Below, one piece after another: positions 7,271-17,582 of a stretch of 64,000 nt of DNA (position 1 is its first letter; every line of letters starts with the position of its first letter). The translations under genes were made by a program, and so were the position numbers. This DNA is from Acidobacteriota bacterium (GTDB taxonomy: Bacteria > Acidobacteriota > UBA890 > WLXD01), in assembly GCA_963666215.2 (NCBI GenBank), contig CAXWPL010000003.1, positions 32,001 through 96,000 on the forward strand. The letters run 5' to 3'. Below the pieces are notes generated by a model that was given only the letters and a program-made list of their open reading frames with translations, was not told the origin of the DNA and searched no databases.

Positions 7271-10231
7271 ATGAAATCGACCCCGCCCGACGCACCGCGT
7301 TGCGAAGGCAACGGCGACAGTGCCCACAACGGCCCCAAAGTCGAGGGACGCTTCCCCGACGACGGCGAAGGCTGGATTCTCAGCAGCGCCCCCGGGCCCG
7401 AGCACTGGGACGATTGGCGCGAATACGACCCGCAGGCCTGGCCGCGCAAGGTGGAGCGCCGCTATCGACTGGTGCCGACGATCTGCTTCAACTGCGAGTC
7501 GGCGTGCGGACTGCTCGCCTACGTCGACAAGTTCTCGGGAAAGATTCGGCGCTTCGAGGGCAACCCCGTGCACCCCGGAAGCCGCGGCCGTGTGTGCGCC
7601 AAGGGGCCAGCGACGATCAATCAGATCAACGACCCCGAGCGTATTCTCTACCCGCTCAAGCGCGTCGGCGAGCGCGGATCGGGTCGCTGGGTACGCGTCA
7701 CATGGGAGGCAGCGCTCGAGGACATCAGCGGCCGCATCCGAAAGGCGATTCAGGAAGGACGGGGCGAAGAGGTCATGTACCACGTCGGTCGCCCCGGCCA
7801 CGACGGAACGATGGACCGTGTTCTGAAAGCCTGGGGAATCGATGGCCACAATTCGCACACGAACATCTGCAGCGCCGGTGCGCGCCTCGGCTACGCCCTC
7901 TGGCATCAGGGCGATCGCCCGTCACCCGATCACGAGAACGCCAAGTTCATCCTGCTGCTGTCGTCGCATCTGGAGGCCGGCCACTACTTCAACCCGCACG
8001 CTCAACGCATCATCGAGGGCAAGGCTCGCGGCGCCAAGATCGCCGTGCTCGACCCGCGCCTGTCGAACACCGCGTCGATGGCCGACTACTGGATGCCCAC
8101 ATGGCCGGGAACCGAGTCGGCGGTGCTGCTGGCGATCGCCAATGTGCTGCTTCACGAAAACCTGTGCGATCGCGAGTTCGTGCGGCGCTGGGTGAACTGG
8201 CAGGAATACCTACTCAACGAACACCCCGAGGAATACCAGAGAGCCCTGTCGATGGGCGGTGGGGGCGCCGGAGCCGACGGCGTCGAGGTGTTCTTCGACG
8301 TGCTCAAGGATGTGTACGCCGAGTACACGCCCGAGTTCGCCGCGCGCGAGAGCGGTGCCTCCGCCACGATGATCATCGAGATCGCACGGCAGATCGGGCG
8401 CGCTGGCAACTCCGTTGCCACCCACGTCTGGCGCTCGGCTGCCTCCGGCAATCTTGGTGGCTGGCAGGTCGCCCGCTGTTTACAGCTGCTCAACGTGCTG
8501 ACTGGCAGCGTTGGCACGAAGGGCGGGACCGCGCCGGCGAACAAAGACAAGTTCGTGGCTGCGATGCCGAACAACCCGCCGGCCAACGACAAGTGGAACG
8601 AGCTGACCTGGCCGCGCGAGTATCCACTTTCGCACCACGAGCTCTCCTTCCTGCTGCCGCATTTCCTGAAGGAAGGCCGCGGCAAGATCGACACGTACTT
8701 CACGCGCGTCTACAACCCGGCGTGGACCAACCCCGACGGCTTCACGTGGATCGAGATGCTGCGCGACGAGAGCAAGATCGGCTGCCACGTAGCGCTAACG
8801 CCCACGTGGAACGAAAGTGCCTATTGGGCCGATTACGTGCTGCCGATGGGGCTGGCGCCGGAGCGTCACGACCTGATGAGCCAGGAAACAGCTTCCGGTT
8901 CGTGGCTCGGATTTCGGCAACCCGTGATGCGGCGGTTCAAGGACCTCGAGGGCGAGCCCGCCGACGACACTCGCGAGGCCAATCCCGGCGATGTTTGGGA
9001 GGAAGACGAGCTCTGGACCGAGCTGTCGTGGCAGATCGACCCCGACGGCTCGATGGGAATCCGCAAGTGGTTCGAGGCGCCCAACCGTCCTGGCGAGAAG
9101 ATGACGGTCGACGACTACTACGGCTGGATCTTCGACAACTCGGTACCGGGCTTGCCCGAGGCGGCGGCCGCCGAGGGACTGAAGCCGCTGGAGTACATGC
9201 GTCGCTACGGGGCTTTTCGTGTCAAACAGGATTCGTATGGCTTCTATGCGAAGGATGTCGAGCTACCCATCCAGGGCGCGATGAATGGCGATGCCGCGAG
9301 CACGCCGGATTCGGTCTCGGGGGAGACGCGCGTGGAGCGCGATCCGACCACCGGGCTCGTGCGCGTCGACGGCAATGTTGTTGGCGTCGAAATCGACGGC
9401 CACGTTTACAACGGCTTCGATACGCCGTCGCGGCGCCTCGAGTTCTACTCGCAAACCATGGCCGACTGGGGCTGGCAGGATCAGACCATCCCGGGCTATA
9501 TCCGATCACATGTTCACTGGTCGCGGCTCAACCGCGACGCTGGTGACGCCGTGCTGCTGCCCACGTTCCGCCTGCCGACGCTCATCCATACGCGCTCGGC
9601 GAACGCCAAGTGGCTGGTCGAGATCTCGCACCGCAACCCACTGTGGATGCACCCTGCCGACGCCGAGCGCATCGGCGTGGCAACCGACGCCCTGGTGCGG
9701 GTCAACACGCGCATCGGCTTCTTCGTGGTGCGCGTTTGGGTTACCGAGGGCCTGCGGCCCGGCATCGTTGCCTGCTCGCACCACATGGGTCGCTGGCGTT
9801 TCGACAAGTCGCCTGGAGCCGGCGCATGGACCGCGGCCACCGTCCATCTGGGAGAGAGCCCGAACGCTGCCGGCGACGGATCGGAATGGCGGGTACGTCA
9901 GACCGCGGGCGTGCAAGCGTTCGAATCGGAGGACCCGGATTCCTCACGCATCTGGTGGACCGATGCCGGCGTGCACCAAAACCTGACGTTCCCGGTGCAA
10001 CCCGACCCGATCTCCGGAATGCACTGCTGGCACCAGGTCGTGCGTCTCGAGCCGGCCCGCGCCGGCGACCGCTACGGCGACGTCTCAGTTGACACGGCCA
10101 AATCGCACGCAATCTACAAGGAGTGGCTGGCCCAGACCAAGCCGGCTCCAGGGCCCGACGGCCTGCGCCGCCCCCTCTGGTTTGCCCGCCCGGTTCGCCC
10201 TACCGACAACGCGTATCGAATCAAGAGCTGA
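7271..10231 (+). CDS. Molybdopterin (Mo/W-bisPGD) oxidoreductase catalytic subunit, no Tat signal
   Basis: FS0 motif CFNCESACG...CAKG, ERILYPLKR, SHTNICS, DPRLSNTA, ADYVLP, C-terminal dinucleotide-binding domain (LIHTRSAN...LWMHPADA). Confidence 0.92.
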   Translation: MKSTPPDAPRCEGNGDSAHNGPKVEGRFPDDGEGWILSSAPGPEHWDDWREYDPQAWPRKVERRYRLVPTICFNCESACGLLAYVDKFSGKIRRFEGNPVHPGSRGRVCAKGPATINQINDPERILYPLKRVGERGSGRWVRVTWEAALEDISGRIRKAIQEGRGEEVMYHVGRPGHDGTMDRVLKAWGIDGHNSHTNICSAGARLGYALWHQGDRPSPDHENAKFILLLSSHLEAGHYFNPHAQRIIEGKARGAKIAVLDPRLSNTASMADYWMPTWPGTESAVLLAIANVLLHENLCDREFVRRWVNWQEYLLNEHPEEYQRALSMGGGGAGADGVEVFFDVLKDVYAEYTPEFAARESGASATMIIEIARQIGRAGNSVATHVWRSAASGNLGGWQVARCLQLLNVLTGSVGTKGGTAPANKDKFVAAMPNNPPANDKWNELTWPREYPLSHHELSFLLPHFLKEGRGKIDTYFTRVYNPAWTNPDGFTWIEMLRDESKIGCHVALTPTWNESAYWADYVLPMGLAPERHDLMSQETASGSWLGFRQPVMRRFKDLEGEPADDTREANPGDVWEEDELWTELSWQIDPDGSMGIRKWFEAPNRPGEKMTVDDYYGWIFDNSVPGLPEAAAAEGLKPLEYMRRYGAFRVKQDSYGFYAKDVELPIQGAMNGDAASTPDSVSGETRVERDPTTGLVRVDGNVVGVEIDGHVYNGFDTPSRRLEFYSQTMADWGWQDQTIPGYIRSHVHWSRLNRDAGDAVLLPTFRLPTLIHTRSANAKWLVEISHRNPLWMHPADAERIGVATDALVRVNTRIGFFVVRVWVTEGLRPGIVACSHHMGRWRFDKSPGAGAWTAATVHLGESPNAAGDGSEWRVRQTAGVQAFESEDPDSSRIWWTDAGVHQNLTFPVQPDPISGMHCWHQVVRLEPARAGDRYGDVSVDTAKSHAIYKEWLAQTKPAPGPDGLRRPLWFARPVRPTDNAYRIKS

Positions 10232-10309
10232 CCCTGGCGGGGGACCTCGCAGATCCTCTCGCTCCGGCAGATCGCTCTCGCTCGATGAGAGCCAGTTGAG
10301 GAGATCGAC

Positions 10310-11218
10310 ATGAACGTTCTGGTTACCGGCGCAACCGGTTTCATCGGATCGCACCTCTGCAGCGCGCTGAAGGACGCGGGGCACACGGTCACGGCACTGT
10401 CGCGTAACGGTGCGCGCGCCGAGAAGGCGCTACCGGCGCTCTCTGGAGCCCAGAGCTGGGACTCGCTCGCGGGCCCACCGCCAACGTCGGCCTTCCAAGG
10501 AATCGACGCGGTCGTGCATCTTGCCGGGGAGAGCGTTGCCGGGCGCTGGACCCGCTCGAAAAGACGCGCTATCCGCGACAGTCGGCTACTTGGCACGCGC
10601 AACCTCGTCGAGGGCATGCTCGCCAGCGACCCGTCGCCGGGCGTCATGGTGTCGGCGAGCGCGATCGGCTACTACGGCGACCGTGGCGACGAGGAACTGG
10701 TGGAGGAATCGGCGCCAGGCGACGACTTCCTGGCCGAGGTCTGCAAGGGCTGGGAGCACGAGACCCGGCGTGCCGAGGATGCTGGTGTCACCGTGACTCG
10801 TCTACGGACGGGCATCGTCCTCGGCAACGGTGGCGGAGCGTTGCAGCAGATGCTCACACCCGCCAAGCTGGGCCTGGGCGGCCCGCTGGGCTCGGGTGGG
10901 CAGTGGTGGTCGTGGATTCACCTCGACGACATGGTCGGCGTTGTACAGCACGCGCTCGCCAGAGAATCGAGCACCGTATTGAACACCACCGCCCCCGAGC
11001 CCGCCCGGCAACGCGACTTCGCCAAGGCCATGGGAAGCGTGCTGCGACGCCCGGCCTTCTTGCCAGCCCCAGCGTTCGCGCTCAAGCTCATGCTCGGCGG
11101 CTTCTCTACCGAGCTACTCGGCAGCAAGCGGGTACTCCCGAAACACCTACAGGAGGCGGGCTACGAGTTCCGCTTCCCCACGCTCGCGGGCGCTCTGCAG
11201 GATCTGCTGGGCGCCTAG
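10310..11218 (+). CDS. TIGR01777 family NAD-dependent epimerase/oxidoreductase (YfcH-like)
   Basis: VTGATGFIG, HLAGES, SASAIGYYG, GPLGSGGQWWSWIH; GAGGAG RBS. Confidence 0.92.
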   Translation: MNVLVTGATGFIGSHLCSALKDAGHTVTALSRNGARAEKALPALSGAQSWDSLAGPPPTSAFQGIDAVVHLAGESVAGRWTRSKRRAIRDSRLLGTRNLVEGMLASDPSPGVMVSASAIGYYGDRGDEELVEESAPGDDFLAEVCKGWEHETRRAEDAGVTVTRLRTGIVLGNGGGALQQMLTPAKLGLGGPLGSGGQWWSWIHLDDMVGVVQHALARESSTVLNTTAPEPARQRDFAKAMGSVLRRPAFLPAPAFALKLMLGGFSTELLGSKRVLPKHLQEAGYEFRFPTLAGALQDLLGA

Positions 11219-11374
11219 CTGTGAGCTCCAAGGAGGTAGCTCACGAGCTCACTCCTGGGATCCGAGCCGTCGGTGTCGTCAGGCCGATGCCGGCAGGGTG
11301 GTGAGGGCGAGGGGTTGGGCTCCGCGAGTTTTTTTGGCTTCGCGCACCGGCCCCTTCGTTCGTACCCTTTCGGG

Positions 11375-12895
11375 ATGGGGACCCTGAGAACGGACGCGGC
11401 GCTCGACCCGGTGCGCGAGCTGGAGCTGCTCGTGGAGTCGCGCTACCCGATCGTGCTGGTCGAATCCATCGAACAGCAGCGCGTCGACGCTCTGCTGCAG
11501 CGCTTGGCTCGCAAGATGCGAGTGCCGCTCTTCTTTTAGGACGCGGCCGTGGGTCTACGCCGCTCCGACTCGGCCACGCCAATCTACGACAGCGCCGACA
11601 TCGTCAGGGCGCTGGCCAACGCCGCCGCAATCGACGACGACGTCCTGTTCTATTTCAAGGGGCTCGCAGGGCGGCTGCACGAACCCGCCCTGCGGCCACT
11701 GCTCCAACGAGTCGCCAAGGCCTTCAGTACCGATCGCCGGGCGCTCATCGTTTCGGGACTCGAGTCGCAGCTGCCAACGGACCTGCGTCACCAGATCGCC
11801 CGCCATCGCCTGGAGCTACCAGACCATCGCGAGCTCACCGAGGTGGCGACTCGGACGATCGAGGAACTGTCGCGTCACCAGAACGTCGAGCTACGCCTGC
11901 GCGGCCAGGATTTCGACACGCTCGTGCGTTCCCTCGCCGGCCTTACGCTCTTGGAAGCGGAACGAACTCTCAGGCAGGCGGCGCTGCGTGACGGAGTCCT
12001 CGGTATCGACGACCTACGTTTCGTACTGGACTCGAAGCGCGATCGCATGCAAGAGACGGGGGCTCTCGAGACCGTACCTGTCACGGGTGAGATCGAGGTA
12101 GCCGGTCTCAGCAACATCAAGAGCTGGCTCGCCAAGCGCCGGCGCGCGCTCGAGCCCGAGGCCCGCGCTTTCGGACTGCCGGCGCCCAAGGGCGTCCTGC
12201 TGCTCGGCGTCCAGGGCTGTGGCAAGAGCCTGACCGCGAAGCTCGTCGCGAGCTCCTGGGGCCTGCCGCTGCTGCGGCTCGAAGCTGGCCGCCTGTACAA
12301 CAAGTTCATCGGCGAGTCGGAGGCCAACCTCGATCGAGCGCTACAGACCGCCGAGCGCATGGCTCCCTGCGTGCTGCTGATCGACGAGATCGAGAAGGCC
12401 TTCGCCACCGGAAGCGGCGACGGCGACGCTGGGCTGTCTCGCCGCATCCTCGGCCGCCTGCTCAGCTGGCTACAGGAACGCACGGCACCTGTGTTCGTTG
12501 TCGCCACCTGCAACAGCGTCTCGCAGCTTCCTCCCGAAATGATGCGCAAAGGTCGCTTCGACGAGCTCTTCTTCGTTGATCTTCCGGACGCAACCGAGCG
12601 CCATGGAATCTTCGAGCTCCACCTGGCGCGCCGAGGACGTGCGCCCGAGGGCTTCGATCTGGCAAAGCTGGTCGAGGCCGCCGCGGGGTTCAGTGGTGCC
12701 GAGATCGAGGCCGTGATCGTCGCCGGTCTGTACACCGCCTTCGCCGAGGATCGCGATCTCTCCAGCGCCGTGATTCTCCAGGAGATCGCGGCCACTCGCC
12801 CGCTCTCGGTCGTGCGCGGCGAGGAGATCGCCGACCTTCGCCGCTGGGCCGCCGGCCGCACCGTACCGGCGGCGGGCGCCGCAGTCGCGGCCTAG
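11375..12895 (+). pseudogene. Ycf46-like AAA ATPase with an in-frame amber stop
   Basis: The N-terminal part (...SRYPIVLVES...VPLFF) and the AAA part (GVQGCGKS, LLIDEIEK, RKGRFDE) are in the same frame, separated only by TAG at 11537-11539. Confidence 0.8.
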
Positions 12896-13143
12896 GAAAC
12901 CATCGCCGGAAGGCTCCATCGCTCTCCCCGAGCGGCCGCGCCAGCGTAGTCGCCATTGAGGGAGACCTCGGCGAAAAGGCAAGCGCGTCGGGGACCGGCC
13001 CGCCTACCCGCGGACCGGGGTGCCCCTCGAGCATGCAGAACGGGTTGAGAGCCGCTCTGTCACCCGGCATAGTGCAACCTGCATTTCGCCCGCATTCCCT
13101 TTCGCCTCGAAAGGAGCGCGCGCCTCCCGGGAGCCACGAAGGT

Positions 13144-14265
13144 ATGAGAGCAAGCCAGACGGCTGCCGTCCTACGCTGTTTGATCCTCGCCACGCTCATC
13201 GGCTGCGTGGGCGCGTCGGCTTCACCGAGCCGGCAGCGTTCGGCCGATCAGCAGGCGCAGTCGTCCGTTGCGATCTCCGAGTCGCTACTCCGCGCCCATC
13301 TCGAGTTCATCGCGTCCGACGACCTGGAAGGACGCCGGACGCCTTCGCGAGGGCTCGACCTGGCCGCTCGATACCTCGCCAGCCAGCTGCAGCGCATTGG
13401 CCTCGAGCCGGCCGGTGGCGACGGTAGCTACTTCCAGCGTTTCCGAGTCGACGACCGCGCACCGCGAGATCGCGATTCGGAGCGCGACGCGAAGGCCCAG
13501 ACGCCGGAGAATGGCTGGACGCAGAACGTCGTCGCCATCCTCCGCGGCGCCGACGCCGACCTGGCAACCGAGTACGTGGCGCTGGGCGCACACTACGATC
13601 ACGTGGGCATCGGCACCGCTGACGACTCGGGCGACACGATCTATAACGGCGCCGACGACGACGGATCTGGAACCGTCGCTCTGTTGGCGCTCGCCGAGTC
13701 GTACGCTAGCGGGCTTCGCCCAGCACGCTCCCTTCTGTTCGTGTGGCACGCGGGCGAGGAGGGCGGGCTGCGAGGATCTCGGATGTTTGCCGACAACCCC
13801 ACAGTGCCGAGGGAGCAGATCGTCGCGCAGCTCAACATCGACATGATTGGTCGCAGCCGCGCTGCCAGCGACACCTCAGAAAAGAACAACAAGCTGACCG
13901 CAGCCGACGAGATCTATGTGATAGGCCCACGCATCATGAGTGAGGACATGCTCGAGATCGTCGAGCGGCTGAGCGCGGAACACGGGCTACGCGTCAACCC
14001 GCTCTACGACGATATCGATCAGCAGGAGCGCTTCTTCTTCCGCAGCGATCACGTCAACTACGCGCGCCATCGTATTCCCGTCGCCTTCTTCTTCAGCGGT
14101 GCGCACGAGGACTATCACAAGCCCTCGGACGAGGTCGATCGGATCGACTTCAACAAGCTCCGCGACGTCGCCGAGCTCATCCAGTCGGTGGGAACGGAGC
14201 TCGCCGACCGACCCGAGCGACCGCGCGTGAATCGCGGCTTCAACCTCAACCGGGGGCACGACTGA
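13144..14265 (+). CDS. M28 family metallopeptidase, possible lipoprotein
   Basis: GAHYDH, NGADDDGSG, GEEGGLRGS, NIDMIG, RSDH, DYHKPSD; lipobox-like LIGC. Confidence 0.9.
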   Translation: MRASQTAAVLRCLILATLIGCVGASASPSRQRSADQQAQSSVAISESLLRAHLEFIASDDLEGRRTPSRGLDLAARYLASQLQRIGLEPAGGDGSYFQRFRVDDRAPRDRDSERDAKAQTPENGWTQNVVAILRGADADLATEYVALGAHYDHVGIGTADDSGDTIYNGADDDGSGTVALLALAESYASGLRPARSLLFVWHAGEEGGLRGSRMFADNPTVPREQIVAQLNIDMIGRSRAASDTSEKNNKLTAADEIYVIGPRIMSEDMLEIVERLSAEHGLRVNPLYDDIDQQERFFFRSDHVNYARHRIPVAFFFSGAHEDYHKPSDEVDRIDFNKLRDVAELIQSVGTELADRPERPRVNRGFNLNRGHD

Positions 14266-14914
14266 TGGCTTTCGAACCGGCCTGCACAGTGGTCTATCAG
14301 GACGGTGGTCGCGAAGTGCGGCTGCCGCTCAGCAGGAGCCGTGTCGCGCTCGGCCGCGCCCTCGATAGCGATCTGGTGGTGCCATTGGCAACCGCCTCGC
14401 GCAAACACGCGGTCATCCAGCATCGCAGCGGTGGATGGGTGATCTCCGACCTCGGGAGCGCCAACGGCACCTACGTCAATGAGGTGCGCATCAAGGACCA
14501 GCAGCCCCTTTCGCATGGCGACGCGATTCGGCTGCACACGTTCGTGCTGCGCGTCGAGATTGCGGAAGTCACCGGGCCCGTCACCGGCGAGCGCGTCGTG
14601 TTCGAAGAGGACGACTCGCAGATGACGTCGTTCTTGGCCGCCCACGAGGTGGCCGAGATCCTGGGCACCGACCTCAGCGCGAGTCCCTCTGCCGACAGCG
14701 GCTCCCCATCGTTGGCTTCCGACATCGAGCGCGTCACGCGCTCAACTGGCGAGCTCTCGGCTCATCAGCGCAGCGCCACCTGGTCGGGTGCCTGGTGCTC
14801 TTCCACCACGACCCCATGCACAACGACGATGCGATCGAGGAGCTGGAGGCTGCCGCGTGCGAGCGTTTGGACGGCACGTGCGCCGCTCGAGAAGGCATGA
14901 CCATCGAGCTCTGA
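14265..14914 (+). pseudogene. Chimeric remnant: FHA-domain gene 5' end joined out of frame to the 3' end of an MBL-fold hydrolase gene
   Basis: FHA motifs LGR, SRKHA, DLGSANGTYVN. From about 14783 another frame reads VGCLVLFHHDPMHNDDAIEELEAAACERLDGTCAAREGMTIEL* (stop 14912-14914). Confidence 0.75.
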
Positions 14915-14978
14915 GCTCGCCTCGCTCGGCGGCGAGGCAACGCACCCCGGCAGCCGACGTTACCTCGTCGTCACGACC

Positions 14979-16145
14979 TCAGCCGCGGGCCGAGCGCTTC
15001 GCGAGCCGACGGCGAGCGCCTTCGGAAGGCACCGCGTCGAGCACTCGCCGGCGATCGCTCTCGGTGAGCTCCCACAACGCCAGCACGTCGGCGAGGCACC
15101 ACGCGCGCTGACTTGGCGACTCGATCAACTCCACCAGCTGCAGCGCCTCACTCACGTCGGCTACGGCGTGCGATTGAATCATTCGAGAGAGCGCGCGACG
15201 ACGAGTCCAATCGCGGCCGAGCGACGCCAAGAGCTCGGCGCGCTCACGGCGGCCGAACGCCGCGGTGCCGTGCCCGCCGAGAGACCGCAGAATTGCCAGC
15301 TCGTCGACCACGCTCCCAGGGGTTCCCTGGCTCACCAAAAGGGCGTCGTGGACGGCCACCGGTGTCGCGATTTCCTCCGACGCCTGTGAGGTCGGCCGGG
15401 GCGGAGCCGCCTTTCGGCGCTTCCGTCGGCGAGGTCGCGCCTTCTCGACAGCTGCCACCGCGCCAGCGACCAACCCGACGTCGGTTGCGGCGGTGTCGGC
15501 GGCAACGGCAGGTGGGACGATCGGGTCGACGGACGCGCCGGGGTCGGCCGCAACGGCAGGCGGGACAATCGCGGCGACGCTCGGGCCGGCATCGATGGGC
15601 GCCGCGGGCGGCGACGGTACGCGGGCGTCCTTGACGCCGCTGACGGCCTCCGGCGCGGGCGCCACTGCATGTATCTCGACGGCTTGGGGTTGGCTCTCGG
15701 CAGCTTCTGCGTCTTCGATCCTTGCCTGCGGCACCGGCTCGGCGGCTTCACGCCAACGATCGGCCGAGTCAGCCTCGTCGGCCTCCTCGACGATCGCGAG
15801 CTCGAGCAGCTTGTTGATGCTCCTGCCGGCGCGCTGACGATCGCCACTGCGGACTGCAACGGCCAGCTGGCGCAGCTCGGCCGGATCAGCCGATCCCACA
15901 GCCTGGAGGGCGCGCTTCACCACCAAATCGGACTCCGAGAGCGCTCCGTCGCGGCGCAGCAGCTTCTCGAGATGGCGCCAGGCGAACTTGCTCCCGACCC
16001 CGAGCGCCACTCGCTGCCGCTGCAGTGGACTGAGCGCTTCGAGCAGCTTCCACGAGCGCGCCAACAGTCGTAGGCGCCCGGGCAAAGTGCGCTCACCACT
16101 GAGCTGGCGCAGCAGGTACTCGACCGAGACCTCTGGTACAGCCAT
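14979..16145 (-). CDS. Hypothetical protein: two helical regions joined by a Pro/Ala linker
   Basis: 388-aa ORF starting 9 bp after the flotillin stop; internal repeat IVPPAVAAD x2. Confidence 0.7.
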   Translation of the reverse strand: MAVPEVSVEYLLRQLSGERTLPGRLRLLARSWKLLEALSPLQRQRVALGVGSKFAWRHLEKLLRRDGALSESDLVVKRALQAVGSADPAELRQLAVAVRSGDRQRAGRSINKLLELAIVEEADEADSADRWREAAEPVPQARIEDAEAAESQPQAVEIHAVAPAPEAVSGVKDARVPSPPAAPIDAGPSVAAIVPPAVAADPGASVDPIVPPAVAADTAATDVGLVAGAVAAVEKARPRRRKRRKAAPPRPTSQASEEIATPVAVHDALLVSQGTPGSVVDELAILRSLGGHGTAAFGRRERAELLASLGRDWTRRRALSRMIQSHAVADVSEALQLVELIESPSQRAWCLADVLALWELTESDRRRVLDAVPSEGARRRLAKRSARG

Positions 16146-16154
16146 CAGCCCGGC

Positions 16155-17582
16155 CTAGCTGCCCGGCTCGCCGGGCTCATCGGAGCCGCGCGTCTTCAAG
16201 CCGTCGGCCGCGGCTCGTGGTAGCGCCGCGATACCGCGCAGAAAGTCGTCCATCTCGACGCCGGCGAGCTGCTTCAGGATGGGCCCGAGTTGAGTCATGA
16301 CCTGGACCACGTCCTCGGTGAGCTTGCCCGCGCCCGTGCCCGAACCCGCAGCGCTGCCGTTGCTGATGATCGTGGTCGCGCCGGCTCGCGAAAGCGGCTC
16401 CGAGATTGCCGCCGCGATGTCGGGCAACACCTTGAGCGCCTCGATCGAAAGACCGGCCTCGTTGTAGAGCTTGAGCGCCTCGGCGAGCAGGTGGCGCGCC
16501 TTCGCCTCCGCCTCTCCCTTTGCCTGCATCGCCTCGGCCTTGACGGCCTCGGCGATTTCCTCGCGCCGACGACGCTCGGCGATCGCACCGGTTTCGATGC
16601 GGTACTTGTCGGCATCGGAGGAGCGCTCCACGGCATAGCGTTCGGCGTCGGAGCACTCGCGCACCGTTGCGTTGAGCTCGAGCTTCTGGTGCTCTACCTC
16701 CTGCTCGGCGATGCGAATGTCCTGCTGCTTGAGCTCCATCTCGCCGGCCTTGATCGCGGTCGCCTCCGCAACGTCGACCTCCTCCCGGATGGCGGCATTC
16801 TTCAGCGACAGGGCCTTCTCGGACTCGGCGATCTCGGTGTCGACGGCGAAGCGCTGCTGCTCCTTGGCGCGGCGCGCACTTTCCTCTTCGATCTGGGCGT
16901 CGCGATCGGCCTCCGCAGTCGCGATACGCGCGCGCTTGAGCGCCTCCTGGATCTTGGGCTGGCCTAGGGCGTCGAGATAGCCCTCGTTGTCCTGGATCTC
17001 CTGGAAAACAAACGACTTGACCTCGAAGCCCATCCCCTCCAGGTCGCGGTGCGCCTCTTCGCGGACCTTCTCCTGGAAGGAGCGCTGGTCGCGATACAGC
17101 TGCTCTACCGTCAGGGTACCGATGATGCCGCGCAAGTGACCGGCGACCGTCTCTTGGATCGTCGCCTGCACGGCATTGACTTCCATACCCAGGAAGGCAC
17201 CCGCGGCGCGGCGGATTTGATCAGGGCTCGAGCTGACCTTGACCTGCGCGACCGCCTTGACGTTGATCGGGATCCCTTGCTCGGTGTAGACGTGAGGCTG
17301 GTTGATCTCGAGAGTCATTATGCGTAGCGAGAGGCGGTCGTACGACTCCCAGGCTGGCCAGATAAAGGTTCCGCCGCCACGAACGATACGGTAACTCTCG
17401 TCGACGCCGGAATCGCTCGCGACCTTCCGGCTGAACAGACGCAGTCCGCCAAAAACAATCAGTACCTCGTCGGGCCCCGCCTTCTTGTAGCGCGAGCGCA
17501 CAACAAGATAGGCAATCATGAGTACAACAAAGCCGGTCGCGAGGGTGGACAGCCAGTTGAAGAACGCCCCCAATACATCCAT
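16155..17582 (-). CDS. Flotillin (SPFH/Band 7) family protein
   Basis: N-terminal TM helix, GGGTFIWP, AVAQVKV, GHLRGIIGTLTVEQ, GYLDALG, AEA-rich coiled coil; GGAGG RBS before ATG 17582. Confidence 0.9.
   Translation of the reverse strand: MDVLGAFFNWLSTLATGFVVLMIAYLVVRSRYKKAGPDEVLIVFGGLRLFSRKVASDSGVDESYRIVRGGGTFIWPAWESYDRLSLRIMTLEINQPHVYTEQGIPINVKAVAQVKVSSSPDQIRRAAGAFLGMEVNAVQATIQETVAGHLRGIIGTLTVEQLYRDQRSFQEKVREEAHRDLEGMGFEVKSFVFQEIQDNEGYLDALGQPKIQEALKRARIATAEADRDAQIEEESARRAKEQQRFAVDTEIAESEKALSLKNAAIREEVDVAEATAIKAGEMELKQQDIRIAEQEVEHQKLELNATVRECSDAERYAVERSSDADKYRIETGAIAERRRREEIAEAVKAEAMQAKGEAEAKARHLLAEALKLYNEAGLSIEALKVLPDIAAAISEPLSRAGATTIISNGSAAGSGTGAGKLTEDVVQVMTQLGPILKQLAGVEMDDFLRGIAALPRAAADGLKTRGSDEPGEPGS

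Noticed and set aside
7300-9546. 748-aa alternative-frame ORF and other long shadow ORFs (1676-3055, 20102-21814, 24104-25780, 43690-45204)
   Set aside because: Frame-shifted or antisense shadows of well-supported genes, expected at high GC, with no recognisable motifs.
11221-11252. GTGAGCTC...GAGCTCAC inverted repeat after the TIGR01777 gene
   Set aside because: No U-tract and a long loop; cannot be supported as a terminator or ncRNA.
11537-11539. Amber recoding (pyrrolysine or alternative genetic code)
   Set aside because: TAG is the normal stop of many intact genes here (lutB, TIGR01777, liuB, lhr), no pyl genes are present, and a TGG>TAG change is simpler.
13073-13080. TGCAACC motif upstream of the M28 gene (also near 40316) as an ECF -35 element
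   Set aside because: Only two instances and no convincing shared -10 element.
13440-13525. Missing PA domain in the M28 peptidase as another deletion
   Set aside because: PA-less M28 peptidases occur naturally and all catalytic motifs are intact.
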